Shown: one piece after another, positions 1 through 9,685 of the stretch | How the letters are laid out: every line of letters starts with the position of its first letter | How positions within the stretch are numbered: the stretch's first letter is position 1 | Assembly (NCBI GenBank): GCA_963796955.1 | Contig: CAWCNJ010000004.1 | Span: forward strand, 320,001 to 384,000 | DNA from: Endomicrobiales bacterium | Lineage (GTDB): Bacteria > Elusimicrobiota > Endomicrobiia > Endomicrobiales > JALOBY01 | Length of the DNA stretch: 64,000 bases | Direction of reading: 5' to 3' | Notes under the pieces: model-generated | Databases searched by the model: none | The model's input: only the letters and a program-made list of their open reading frames with translations | Told to the model about the DNA's origin: nothing | Position numbers and translations under genes: made by a program

Positions 1-2
1 CC

Positions 3-368
3 CAAAATCTCGAGGATTATCTGTCGGGCAGGGTGTCTGACCGTCTGAACAAAAATTCTTTTAAAATGGGTGTCGTGCCGGCTGACCTGAACCAAATTTT
101 TCCGCACCCGGTCAATGAGGCATTAACGGCGGCTTTTTTGAAATGGCGGCAGGAAGAGCCTGCCTTTGTTTCCCGCGATGCTCTATTGCTGGCCGCGGAA
201 ACCAGACCTTCTTGTCCGTTAAGGATCAAGCGCACCGCCGACTATGTTTCCGAGAACATCGCAGGTCTGTACCCGATAGGGGAAGGTTCCGGGTACACTG
301 GCGGCATAACGAGCTCAGCGGCGGATGCGATCAAGGCTGTGGAATGCTGCTTAGCCGCGGGTTGTTGA
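3..368 (+). CDS. FAD-dependent oxidoreductase/dehydrogenase, C-terminal part (5' truncated by window edge)
   Basis: Frame open from the window start; C-terminal motif ETRPSCPLRI...GLYPIGEGSGYTGGITSSAAD is typical of this flavoprotein family. Confidence 0.8.
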   Translation, partial: QNLEDYLSGRVSDRLNKNSFKMGVVPADLNQIFPHPVNEALTAAFLKWRQEEPAFVSRDALLLAAETRPSCPLRIKRTADYVSENIAGLYPIGEGSGYTGGITSSAADAIKAVECCLAAGC

Positions 369-369
369 A

Positions 370-1479
370 TTATTTTGTTGTCGTGGTCGGTGTTGTCTCG
401 GTTTTTTTCTGCGGTGCGGTGTAGGTAACAGCGGTGACGTTGAAATACCCTATCGGAGTGCGCGCTTCCATAGCCTGGGCCAGCATGACATTCGCCTTAA
501 CGGAAAGCGCGTGAAAGAACGTAAGCTTTACTCCCAACCCAATGCCGATACTGCCCTTAACCGCTTCCCACGTATGGTATATATCAGTGCCGGCCACTTT
601 TCCGCCCTCCACCAGCAGTTGCGCCGTAAAAATATTCAATAATTTCGTCGGTTCGCAGTTTTCCGGGCTGCACAACAGCGACAAGTCGTATTCAAGCCTG
701 GTATAGGCCATGGCGTTGCCGCTCAGTTCGCGGTAGCGGTAGCCGTGCATATTGTCGTAGCCGCCAAGGTAGTAAGTGTCGCTGAGCGGACGGAAGGTAT
801 TCTCCACAGGGTAGCCCAGCTTCAACGTGGTTTTGATCAAATGACGGTCAAAAAACCGCAGGGTGCTTACAATGGATCCGTCGGCCTGCGTATATTCGTA
901 ATCGCTGCCCCAGCACCGTATCGCCCGTTTCAGGGAAACGGTAGAGAGCATGCCGCTGGGCTCGTCAAGGTCTTCGTCCAGCGTATCGAAATTCGTCGTG
1001 AGTATGCCGAGCACGGGCCGCCCGCTGTCCAAAACTATTTTCGTATCGCCGGTCGCAGTGATAGTCTGACCGAATGAAACACCGAACTTTCCCGAGATCT
1101 CCGGCGTGAACTGGCGGCCGACATACGGCATGGCGTAGCGCGTTTTCTGCAGGTAATTGCTGTTCGTATACAGCGCCGAGTAGTTAAGTTCGTCGTAAAA
1201 CTCCGTGCCGACGAACAACAGGGGAAAACGGAGTTTGAAATTAAGCCGGTTGTTGGTGAAATTGTTCAAGTAGTCGTACCTGGCGGCATACTCCGTATCG
1301 CTGATGCCGATGCTGTTGAGAACCAATATATCTATAACCCCGTTCGGAACATAAAATTTCAGTTCGGGGGACGTAGAGATAGAGGTTTGTTCCACCTTCG
1401 CCTGTGTCAGCTGCTTAAAATCCGCCTGCAGCGGCGCGGCTATAAGGCATATGCATAAAACGGTCAACGATTTTTTCAT
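370..1479 (-). CDS. Omp85/BamA-TamA-like outer membrane beta-barrel protein
   Basis: Signal peptide MKKSLTVLCICLIAAPLQA; motifs GSDYEYTQ, YLGGYDNMHGY (cf. VRGF/Y loop) and SIGIGLG. Confidence 0.6.
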   Translation of the reverse strand: MKKSLTVLCICLIAAPLQADFKQLTQAKVEQTSISTSPELKFYVPNGVIDILVLNSIGISDTEYAARYDYLNNFTNNRLNFKLRFPLLFVGTEFYDELNYSALYTNSNYLQKTRYAMPYVGRQFTPEISGKFGVSFGQTITATGDTKIVLDSGRPVLGILTTNFDTLDEDLDEPSGMLSTVSLKRAIRCWGSDYEYTQADGSIVSTLRFFDRHLIKTTLKLGYPVENTFRPLSDTYYLGGYDNMHGYRYRELSGNAMAYTRLEYDLSLLCSPENCEPTKLLNIFTAQLLVEGGKVAGTDIYHTWEAVKGSIGIGLGVKLTFFHALSVKANVMLAQAMEARTPIGYFNVTAVTYTAPQKKTETTPTTTTK

Positions 1480-1615
1480 GGGCATAGTATAACAAATATT
1501 TCCATGACAAATCACGCTGAGGGATGACGCGCTGGTAACGCGTTGTTGTTTTTAAATGCGAATTATTGGTATATATGGTATACTATGGTGGTCGCTATCG
1601 ATTACCGGAGGAATC

Positions 1616-2962
1616 ATGCTGCCCAAACTCAATGGATTGATGGCCAGTGTCGGCATTTTTTTTATGTTCTCGTGTCTTCAGGTGGTGTACGGGCAGGGGA
1701 TCTTTGTTTTACCCGGGGCGCGGGGCAACGGGATGGGCGCGGCTTTTACGTCCATAGCCGATGATGCGAGTGCGATATATTGGAACCCCGCGGGACTGGC
1801 GGCCCAGAAAAATACGCAGCTAGAGGTTTCAGGATTTTATATGTCCGATCCGACGAGATCAAATACATCGCTGGCCAACGTGCCCTCGCCAAACAGCGCG
1901 GACGGTGATTTTCCGCTGTTGAAGATTTATCCTACCGAACCTGCCTTATATTCAAAAAAAACAATGTCCGTGGATGTGTTTTCGCCTCTTGTCGCCGTTG
2001 TTTCTTCTTATAAAGGTTTTGTCTACGCTATCGGCATGTACGGTATCGGGGGCGGCTGCGGCAAATTCAACGATACCATCGCAGACACGGTAACCGGCGC
2101 GGATAGTATACACGCTGCTTTGGACGCCAATCAGGCCATAAGCGTCTACAATATTTCCGTGGCTAAAGATGTTGCGGATGGGCTTTCACTGGGTCTTGGG
2201 TTGGATATGTTAAAGATAACGGATAAACTGACGGTAGATAAAGAATACAATATAAACCCCGGCTCGCCGCTAACGGGCACCGGCCTGACGTCGTATAGCA
2301 TAAACGCCGGCAATGATGCGGCAGGTTCTGCGATCCAGGTGGACCTGGGCGCAAAATATAAAGCCGGCGAAAAGATGGATATAGGACTTGTGCTGCGTTC
2401 CGGAGCAACGGTAGACCTTAAAGGAAAAGCTACCTACGATCAAACCGGCCTCGCGGCCGTGGGCAGCCCTGATGCCAGCCTCAGGTCTAACTATGACAAA
2501 TACTATGCGTATCCCGCTACCATCGATCTGGGGTTGTCGTATAAAGTGTTGCCGCGTCTGGTGGTTGCCGCCGCGGTCTCATACGATATGTACTACACAA
2601 TGAAGAATGACGTCACGTACGCAGATCCGGTTCCCGGGGTATTTGATAATGTTGACCAGACCTCGCACTGGAAAAGCGAACCGCTTTACCGCGCGGGCGC
2701 CCAGTACGCCTGCAGCGACAGGCTGCAGCTTCGCGGCGGCATCAGCACGGACCCAACCCCGTTCGCCGTTGACGAAATGACGTTTCTGAATATCAATCAG
2801 TTCTCCATGCTCCAGTTTGCCGTCGGTGCAGGCTATGCAATGGGCAAAGTGCGGCTGGACGGCGAATATACCTATTCGATGTCAGATGATCCGTCGAAAG
2901 GCGACAGGACCTCTCAATTCCCGGTGAATGCTTTCAGGCTGGACCTTACGTACGGTTTTTAA
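1616..2962 (+). CDS. FadL/OmpP1/TodX-family outer membrane transport protein
   Basis: GARGNGMGAAF..ADDASAIYWNPAGL motif; C-terminal Phe (TYGF); GGAG RBS before ATG 1616. Confidence 0.85.
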   Translation: MLPKLNGLMASVGIFFMFSCLQVVYGQGIFVLPGARGNGMGAAFTSIADDASAIYWNPAGLAAQKNTQLEVSGFYMSDPTRSNTSLANVPSPNSADGDFPLLKIYPTEPALYSKKTMSVDVFSPLVAVVSSYKGFVYAIGMYGIGGGCGKFNDTIADTVTGADSIHAALDANQAISVYNISVAKDVADGLSLGLGLDMLKITDKLTVDKEYNINPGSPLTGTGLTSYSINAGNDAAGSAIQVDLGAKYKAGEKMDIGLVLRSGATVDLKGKATYDQTGLAAVGSPDASLRSNYDKYYAYPATIDLGLSYKVLPRLVVAAAVSYDMYYTMKNDVTYADPVPGVFDNVDQTSHWKSEPLYRAGAQYACSDRLQLRGGISTDPTPFAVDEMTFLNINQFSMLQFAVGAGYAMGKVRLDGEYTYSMSDDPSKGDRTSQFPVNAFRLDLTYGF

Positions 2963-2989
2963 TTTCGGATATATATTTATCGGAGCACT

Positions 2990-3424
2990 GTGATGAAAAC
3001 GTACGCCTTTATATACTGCATGGCCGGATTTATTTTAGGTTGCCTGGTTCTATTTGTATTGAAAAGAAATTGCCGGTTGTTGCTTAATTGGAAAAAGCAT
3101 AAAATACTGTCTGGCACGGAGAATGATGGCGTAAATGTCAAAGATCTTGAGCGTGTTGCTGAGAACGCTCGTGTAAAAGCTCTGGAAGAGGCGCGCGCCG
3201 AACTGGAGTCTATCGTTGATAAGCGTACCGCCCAGTTCAAAGCCAACTTCGCCGAGCTTTCGCGGAAAACGAATACACTGGCGCGTTTCCAGAAGATCAC
3301 TGTCGGAAGGGAACTGGAAATGATAGCCCTTAAGGCCAAGATTAATTCCCTGCTTAAAGAGCTGGGCCGCAAGCCGCTCTATACCCTGCCGGAAAATAGT
3401 AACATGAAGGATTTGGAACAATGA
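2990..3424 (+). CDS. Small membrane-anchored coiled-coil protein
   Basis: One N-terminal TM helix, then a helical segment ending ARFQKITVGRELEMIALKAKINSLL; stop overlaps the kinase start. Confidence 0.65.
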   Translation: MMKTYAFIYCMAGFILGCLVLFVLKRNCRLLLNWKKHKILSGTENDGVNVKDLERVAENARVKALEEARAELESIVDKRTAQFKANFAELSRKTNTLARFQKITVGRELEMIALKAKINSLLKELGRKPLYTLPENSNMKDLEQ

Positions 3425-5370
3425 ACATACTCGCGTTCGCCCATCTCATCTCATTCATATTTTATGCCTGGGCGATGGTCTTTATCCTGAGCAGGAATCC
3501 CGCGGGAAAATTGAACCGTATCTGTTCCGCGTTGGTATTCGTGATGGCGGTCTGGTCGCTGGCATACATTTTCAGGGAAAGCGCGTCTTCCGCCGGGACG
3601 GCTTTGTTCTGGTCCGGTGTGGGCTCGCTCGGCTGGTGCACCTTTCCCAGCCTTGCTCTATGGTTCGCAATAGTGCTTTCAGGCAGGGATGAAAAGATAA
3701 AACGCTGGTTGTACGCCCTGATATTTCTGGTACCGGCGATATTTTTTCTGGCTCAGATAACGCATACGGCTATGCTGCGGTCTTTGTATAAGCTGCCTGG
3801 AGGATATTACTGGAACGAACGCTGGGCGAATAATGCCTGGACATACCTTTATTATATGTATTTTCCTTCCTGCACGCTGATCTCCGTATACCTGCTCGGT
3901 TCCTTCGCAAGGAAGGTTAACGACCCGCGAAAAGCCAGACAGGCAATGATCGTGGCCGCGATGACATTGTGTTCCATCGTGATCGGTTCATTCACGAACG
4001 TGATACTGCCCAATGTTGGGATCCACACGCCGATCGTGGCAAATATTATCTCGCTTGTTTGGATGCTGGGTGTTGTCTACGCGGTAACAAAATACAGCCT
4101 TATGACCGTAACTATGGCGATCGCGGCAAAAGAAATAGTAGCTACTATGCCGGAAGCGATCTTTGTTATTTTGATCGACGCCACAATTATGGACATAAAT
4201 GAAGCGGCCTGTGAACTGACGGGCTATACCAGAAAAGAATTGTCGGGGAAGCCGGCTAAAATGCTTTTTACAGAAGATGGTTACGAGCGCAACGGCAAAC
4301 GTATGTACCGTGACCTGCTGGAAAAGTCTACCGTGCGCAATTATGCCGTGAGCATCAGGGCTAAAGACGGCTCTGAAATACCGGTGAACTTTTCCGGATC
4401 GGTTATACGTAACAGGCAGGGCGTCGTTATCGGGATGGTCGGTATCGCCCGCGATGTGCGGGAGATGGTGCGGCTGCAGGAACGGGAAAAAGAACTGTCC
4501 CTGAAAGCCGCTGCCGCCGAAAAAATGAGGATCGTCAGCCTTGAGGCCTCGCAGGCTGAACTTGAGAACAGGGTCGCCCTCAGGACCGCCGAACTTGAGC
4601 AGACGCATCTTGCCTCGCTTAATATCATGGAAGATCTGGAACTCAGAAGAAGCGAGCTGCAAGAGGCGTATGAAGAGTTGAAGACCGCGCAGGCGAGCCT
4701 TATTCAGTCGGAGAAGATGGCTGCCATGGGCCAGCTGGCGGCCGGGATAGCGCACGAGATCAATAATCCCATGGGTGTGATCCTCGGTTTTGCCCAGTTC
4801 ATAACCAAAAACCTGCCTCAATCCGACTTGTGTTATAAGCCGGCGAAATCCCTTGAGGCGGAGGCTGCCCGCTGCCGCCAGGTGATAGTAGATCTGTTGA
4901 GTTTCTCCAGGACCGGCCAGGTTGAACGGGAAAGCGTGCATATTAACGAGTTGATAGATCAAACCGTATCGGTTATCGGCGGACAGGCGAAAATAAAAAA
5001 TGTGATAATAGAGAAAACCTACGACGGCTCGCTTGGGGAAATACAAGCTCACAGGAACCAGATACAGCAAATACTGATAAATCTCTGCAATAATGCCATG
5101 GATGCGATGGCCGAGGGTGGTACCATTTATATCCGTACCAAAAGAACGGATGACTTTGCCGCCATTGAGGTGCAAGATACCGGGACCGGCATGCCCGAAG
5201 AAGTGCGCAAACATATTTTTGAGCCTTTCTATACGACTAAGGAAGCCGGCAAAGGCACCGGCCTTGGATTGGCCTTATGCTACGAATTCGTAAAAAAACA
5301 TAACGGAAGCATTGAAGTTAAAAGCGAAGTAGGCGCAGGAACCTCCATAACCATTCTTTTACCCGCCTGA
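3421..5370 (+). CDS. Sensor histidine kinase (N-terminal 7TM domain, PAS, HisKA, HATPase)
   Basis: About 7 hydrophobic segments, PAS (NEAACELTGY), H-box AGIAHEINNP, N-box NLCNNAMDAM, G-boxes DTGTG/GTGLGL. Confidence 0.93.
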   Translation: MNILAFAHLISFIFYAWAMVFILSRNPAGKLNRICSALVFVMAVWSLAYIFRESASSAGTALFWSGVGSLGWCTFPSLALWFAIVLSGRDEKIKRWLYALIFLVPAIFFLAQITHTAMLRSLYKLPGGYYWNERWANNAWTYLYYMYFPSCTLISVYLLGSFARKVNDPRKARQAMIVAAMTLCSIVIGSFTNVILPNVGIHTPIVANIISLVWMLGVVYAVTKYSLMTVTMAIAAKEIVATMPEAIFVILIDATIMDINEAACELTGYTRKELSGKPAKMLFTEDGYERNGKRMYRDLLEKSTVRNYAVSIRAKDGSEIPVNFSGSVIRNRQGVVIGMVGIARDVREMVRLQEREKELSLKAAAAEKMRIVSLEASQAELENRVALRTAELEQTHLASLNIMEDLELRRSELQEAYEELKTAQASLIQSEKMAAMGQLAAGIAHEINNPMGVILGFAQFITKNLPQSDLCYKPAKSLEAEAARCRQVIVDLLSFSRTGQVERESVHINELIDQTVSVIGGQAKIKNVIIEKTYDGSLGEIQAHRNQIQQILINLCNNAMDAMAEGGTIYIRTKRTDDFAAIEVQDTGTGMPEEVRKHIFEPFYTTKEAGKGTGLGLALCYEFVKKHNGSIEVKSEVGAGTSITILLPA

Positions 5371-5408
5371 CAACCTGTTAACCTATGGCTACCACTGTTA
5401 ATGCAGGC

Positions 5409-5437
5409 TTGACAAAAATAATGTTTTAGTTTATAAT
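5409..5437 (+). promoter_or_regulatory. Consensus sigma70 promoter for the XRE regulator
   Basis: TTGACA (5409-5414), 17-bp spacer, TATAAT (5432-5437). Confidence 0.85.
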
Positions 5438-5456
5438 ACAATTCAAAGGGGAATGC

Positions 5457-6008
5457 ATGAGCATTATCGGTGTAAACATCAAACGGTTACGCGAAGATAA
5501 ACACATTACGCTTCGCTCATTCGCGAAAAATGTGGACATCAGCCCAAGCTTTCTCTCTCAGGTTGAGACCGGCAAGGCGCTGCCTTCCCTGGATACGCTG
5601 AAAAGCATTGCCAATAACCTGGGCACCACGGTAGGTAACCTGATAGGCGAAGATCAGGTCGTCAGGTCATCGCCGGTGATCAGGTCGCATGAACGTATTA
5701 AGCTTAACGAGATCAGCAGCGGGATAAACCTGTACCTGCTTACCGCGCCGGACCCGAACAAGCAGATGGAGCCGCTTCTTTTTAAACTGAGCGAGAAAGC
5801 AGATTCCGGTGCCTCAATGTACAAGCACTTCGGTCAGGAATTCGTAATGGTCATTAAGGGCAGCATAGAGATAACGCTTAACGACGCGGTGTATGTGCTG
5901 AACAAGGGAGACAGTATTTACTTTAATTCAAGCACCCCTCATTCGTTCAAGAATTTGATGGAAGGTGACACAGAAGCGATCTGGGTGGTGACCCCGCCGA
6001 CATTCTAA
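5457..6008 (+). CDS. XRE-family HTH regulator with C-terminal cupin domain
   Basis: HTH ISPSFLSQVETGKALPSLDTL; cupin HFGQEF...GDSIYFNSSTPH. Confidence 0.92.
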   Translation: MSIIGVNIKRLREDKHITLRSFAKNVDISPSFLSQVETGKALPSLDTLKSIANNLGTTVGNLIGEDQVVRSSPVIRSHERIKLNEISSGINLYLLTAPDPNKQMEPLLFKLSEKADSGASMYKHFGQEFVMVIKGSIEITLNDAVYVLNKGDSIYFNSSTPHSFKNLMEGDTEAIWVVTPPTF

Positions 6009-6025
6009 ATTTTTTTTGCCTCGGG

Positions 6026-6064
6026 TGTTTAGTATAAGAATACAGTGTATTGTATATATGAACA
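6026..6064. promoter_or_regulatory. Two tandem 19-bp TGT-N13-ACA boxes, putative XRE operators (third copy at 5422-5440)
   Basis: TGTTTAGTATAAGAATACA (6026-6044), TGTATTGTATATATGAACA (6046-6064), TGTTTTAGTTTATAATACA (5422-5440). Confidence 0.6.
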
Positions 6065-6077
6065 AAAGGGAGTTTTT

Positions 6078-7280
6078 ATGAAGGACTTAATGAAGGGTAA
6101 ATTGGATGGCCTTACTGAACAAATGACGACTTTCAGTAAGAAACTGGACGCCTTTGATGTTAAAAAAAGCAATGTAGCCCAGTTCAACAAACTGTTGATG
6201 GATGAGATGAAGTTGTTGAGTTTTGACGATTGCAGCAACGACCGTTTTGACAACACCGTCGGCGTAGTTAAAGGCTTTCGCCACGAACGCGACATGGCGC
6301 TTATTTACAACATAGATTACCCCAGCGATACCGCGGGCGAAGACCAAACGGGCGAGACCTACAAAGCCGGTGTTATCTGCGCCTTGTATTCGGCCGCGCT
6401 GATGAAAAGAACACTGCTGCCAATGACGGGCGACATAGTAGTTTGCGGCGTGCCGAGATCCGGCTGCAGCGCCTACGGAGCCAGGTACCTGTTTGACTAC
6501 TATTTAAACCAGCGGGTAAAAGACATTATGGGCATTATCTTGTGCGAGCCGACAGACCACAATGTCTACCTTGGCCACCGCGGCCATATGGAATATGAGA
6601 TAGTGGTAAAAGTAAAACTCAGCGAAACCTTCGCCGCCAACCGCGGCATAAATATGCTGGGCACCATGTTCCCGCTTATCCACGAGCTGGAAACCTTGTC
6701 TCGCAGCCTGCCCACCAGCCAGTCGCTGGGCAACTCCAGCCTGAAAATAAAAGATGTTCATTTCTGCGGCACAAAACCAAAGGGATCTGAAAACGAATTT
6801 AAAGTTATCGTAGACAGGACCTTCGGCACCGAAGAGCAGGAAGAAAATATCCTGGAGCGAGCCAAGATGATAGCCCAATCGGTATACAAAAGCGAGTGCA
6901 GCGTGCAAATTGAAACCGATATTTCCCGGGAAGACATTAAAACCCTCGCCGGCACACTCCTTCGCTCCTCTAAGCACACCAAGCCCTGGATGATAGAAAG
7001 CCACCATCCGTTCGTCGCGAATTCCATTCAGGCGCTCAACGACGCCGGCCATAAAACCGGCTGCGGCTACTGGAAAAAGAATATTACCGCCGGCTCCTAT
7101 ACCTTTAGCGAACTGGGAATACCGACCATAGGCTATGGCCCGGGCCTTGAAACCGCCACCCAGGACCTTTCCGACCCAGCCACCCTGGCCGCCATAAAGA
7201 AAGCCGTATTGGGCAACGCCATGATACTGCAGCGCAATATTGGCGTGCCGACCTTCGGCTGGAGCTCTGATGAGATCTAA
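6078..7280 (+). CDS. M20 peptidase/YgeY-like fold protein with degenerate metal site
   Basis: CEPTDHNVYLGHRG, dimerisation-domain-like middle with VDR, GIPTIGYGPG; HxD, EE and C-terminal His motifs not recognisable. Confidence 0.7.
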   Translation: MKDLMKGKLDGLTEQMTTFSKKLDAFDVKKSNVAQFNKLLMDEMKLLSFDDCSNDRFDNTVGVVKGFRHERDMALIYNIDYPSDTAGEDQTGETYKAGVICALYSAALMKRTLLPMTGDIVVCGVPRSGCSAYGARYLFDYYLNQRVKDIMGIILCEPTDHNVYLGHRGHMEYEIVVKVKLSETFAANRGINMLGTMFPLIHELETLSRSLPTSQSLGNSSLKIKDVHFCGTKPKGSENEFKVIVDRTFGTEEQEENILERAKMIAQSVYKSECSVQIETDISREDIKTLAGTLLRSSKHTKPWMIESHHPFVANSIQALNDAGHKTGCGYWKKNITAGSYTFSELGIPTIGYGPGLETATQDLSDPATLAAIKKAVLGNAMILQRNIGVPTFGWSSDEI

Positions 7281-8499
7281 GGCCCCTGTAAATATACTGG
7301 TAATAAATTGCGGCAGCTCGTCGCTAAAATACCGGATAATCCGTATGCCGGAAGGGCGGGAACTTGCCGGCGGCGAGGCCATACGGGTGGGCGCGCTCAC
7401 GAACAAGCCCTCGCAGATAAACGCCTACCGGGGCGCCGAGAAACAAACCATCGTTACGCCCATGCCCGACCACGCCGCGGCATTTCGCGCCGTTATCGCG
7501 CTGCTGGACGGTTACCGGGCAAGTGATCCTGCCATAACCTACGATTGTTTCGCGCACCGGTACGTGCACCCGGGCGCGGCCTACAATAAAACGGTAAAGA
7601 TAAACGCTGCGGTTACCGCCAAACTGAAAGCGAACTTAAGCCTGGCCCCCATTCACAACAAGATATCGCTTGGCCTGATAGAAAGCTGCGCCGGGGAATT
7701 CAAAGATATTCCGCAATACGCCGTATTTGATACCACCTTCCACAAAAACATACCCGATGAATATGCCGCCTACGCCCTGCCGGAGCATTTAGTTAAAAAG
7801 TACAAACTTAAAAAAGTCGGCTTTCACGGCGTATCTCATAAATTTATCATGGAAGAGTCGTGCAGATATTTAGGCCGCGACTACGAAACGCAGAAAATAA
7901 TCAGCTGCCACCTGGGCAGCGGCGGTTCCAGTATTTGCGCCATTAGAAACGGCGTTTCTATCAACACTTCTATGGGCTTCACCCCGCTTGAAGGCTTGAT
8001 GATGAACACCCGCAGCGGCGATATGGATATAAGTGTGCTGTTCCACGTTATGGCGCAAAACAACCTTTCTGTGGCCGACGCCGAAAACCTGCTTAACTAC
8101 CAAAGCGGCGTCCTGGGCGTCTACAACACGTCGTCCGACATACGCGACGTCGCCAAACAGCGCAAGGTAGACCCAAAAGCCAATATGGTATTTGAAATGT
8201 ACGTACGGCGGGTGCGAAAGTTCATTTGTTTTTACTCCCTGATACTGCAAAAAGCAGACGTTCTTGTTTTCACCGACACCCTGGGCGTAGAAATGCCGGA
8301 ACTTCGCCAGGCCATTTGTAGCAACCTTACCGATGTCGGCATAGCGATAAACAACAAAAATAACAACGTAACAACCTACACCAATTCAGATATAACCGGC
8401 GACAGCTCGGAAGTGAAGGTTTTGGTAATACCAACCAACGAAGAACTTATGATTGCCAGAGACGCGTACAAGGAATCCCGCAATGATCTTAATAGTTGA
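7270..8499 (+). CDS. ackA: Acetate/propionate kinase
   Basis: NCGSSSLK, HR, LAPIHN, FDTTFH, GFHGVSH, HLG, TSMGFTPLEG, TRSGD, PTNEE motifs. Confidence 0.88.
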   Translation: MRSKAPVNILVINCGSSSLKYRIIRMPEGRELAGGEAIRVGALTNKPSQINAYRGAEKQTIVTPMPDHAAAFRAVIALLDGYRASDPAITYDCFAHRYVHPGAAYNKTVKINAAVTAKLKANLSLAPIHNKISLGLIESCAGEFKDIPQYAVFDTTFHKNIPDEYAAYALPEHLVKKYKLKKVGFHGVSHKFIMEESCRYLGRDYETQKIISCHLGSGGSSICAIRNGVSINTSMGFTPLEGLMMNTRSGDMDISVLFHVMAQNNLSVADAENLLNYQSGVLGVYNTSSDIRDVAKQRKVDPKANMVFEMYVRRVRKFICFYSLILQKADVLVFTDTLGVEMPELRQAICSNLTDVGIAINNKNNNVTTYTNSDITGDSSEVKVLVIPTNEELMIARDAYKESRNDLNS

Positions 8500-9598
8500 G
8501 CCTAATAATAATACGGCCGCGATACAGATTTTCAGCGAAGAAGAGAACCGCTCTACCATCTGGCAGTACAACAACTCTGATGACGAAACAGCTCGCGCTA
8601 AAAGCCTGCACTGTATGTTAAAAGACCTCTGCGGCGGCAAAACCCCGCGCGCGGTATCATTCCGTCTACACTTCGGCCCAGTAAACGTTAAAGGCCCCGC
8701 CAGAATAGACCGCAACTTCCCTGCCAAACTTATGGATATCGCCGACGACTTCCCAATGTACATACCGCCAGCAGCCGAACTGATACGTTTTTTCCTAAAA
8801 GAGTTCCCGGAAGTACCCCAGTTCGCCTTCTTTGAGACCTCGCTCTTTTCCCATATGTCTAAAGACAACAGCCGCCTGCCGATAGACAACAAATACGTAG
8901 AAAAAGGCAACTTCACAAGGCAGGGCTTCCATGGCATATACCACGGCGCCCACGCCAAAATGTTCCCCAAAGATAAGAAAGTAATTTCCGTAGTTTTAGA
9001 CCGCCACACCACGGTCTGCGCTATAGAACAAATGGTGCCGCTTACCATAAGCCTGGGCTCTACCCCGCTTGAAGGCATAATGTCCGCCAAAAGCTGCGGT
9101 GATATAGACCCCGGCATAATAGTCTACCTTATGAAAGAACACGGTTTCTCCATGTACCAGATAGACGAGATCCTTAAAAGCCAAAGCGGTTTCTTCGGCA
9201 TGACCGGCTACAACCTCTCCATGCCGGAACTTATAACGCTCGTAAACAAAGACCAGAAAGTTAAGCAGGCCTTCGACCTTTACACCAACCAGATACTAAA
9301 ACACATCGGCGACAGCATAGGCATGCTGGGCGGCTTTGACACGTTAATATTCGCCGGCCGCTACGTAAAGCCCTTCAACCAGGTGATCTTCGACCTGCTT
9401 AAAACCATCTCCTGCATGGGCCTAAGCCTGCGGGAACACCCCTGGGACTACAAAGTAGACCTCCTGAGAATATCCTCCGACAACTCAGCCCGGCAGGTAT
9501 ACATAAACAACCTGAAAGAATCCGACATAATCCACATGGAAACCCGCCGGATCCTGGGCAACAACCGACATACAACGTCCGATCCTTGCGCAGTTTGA
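8483..9598 (+). CDS. Degenerate acetate-kinase paralogue (probable pseudokinase)
   Basis: Keeps GFHG, TPLEG, GDIDPG and SG.FG.TG; lacks NxGSSS, HLG, the catalytic Arg and PTNEE. Confidence 0.75.
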   Translation: MILIVEPNNNTAAIQIFSEEENRSTIWQYNNSDDETARAKSLHCMLKDLCGGKTPRAVSFRLHFGPVNVKGPARIDRNFPAKLMDIADDFPMYIPPAAELIRFFLKEFPEVPQFAFFETSLFSHMSKDNSRLPIDNKYVEKGNFTRQGFHGIYHGAHAKMFPKDKKVISVVLDRHTTVCAIEQMVPLTISLGSTPLEGIMSAKSCGDIDPGIIVYLMKEHGFSMYQIDEILKSQSGFFGMTGYNLSMPELITLVNKDQKVKQAFDLYTNQILKHIGDSIGMLGGFDTLIFAGRYVKPFNQVIFDLLKTISCMGLSLREHPWDYKVDLLRISSDNSARQVYINNLKESDIIHMETRRILGNNRHTTSDPCAV

Positions 9599-9656
9599 GA
9601 GGGGTATGCGCTACTTCGCTAACCCATGGTATGCCACCACTATCTTTACTCCGCTA

Positions 9657-9685
9657 TTGTAAAACTATTTTCTTAGCGGTATAAT
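9657..9685 (+). promoter_or_regulatory. Sigma70-like promoter at the left edge of the accessory island
   Basis: TTGTAA-17 bp-TATAAT. Confidence 0.5.

Noticed and set aside
3988..5214. 408-aa antisense ORF and similar long shadow ORFs (6504-7406, 35899-36813, 59756-60700)
   Set aside because: Antisense to well-supported genes, no recognisable motifs, and expected from codon bias.
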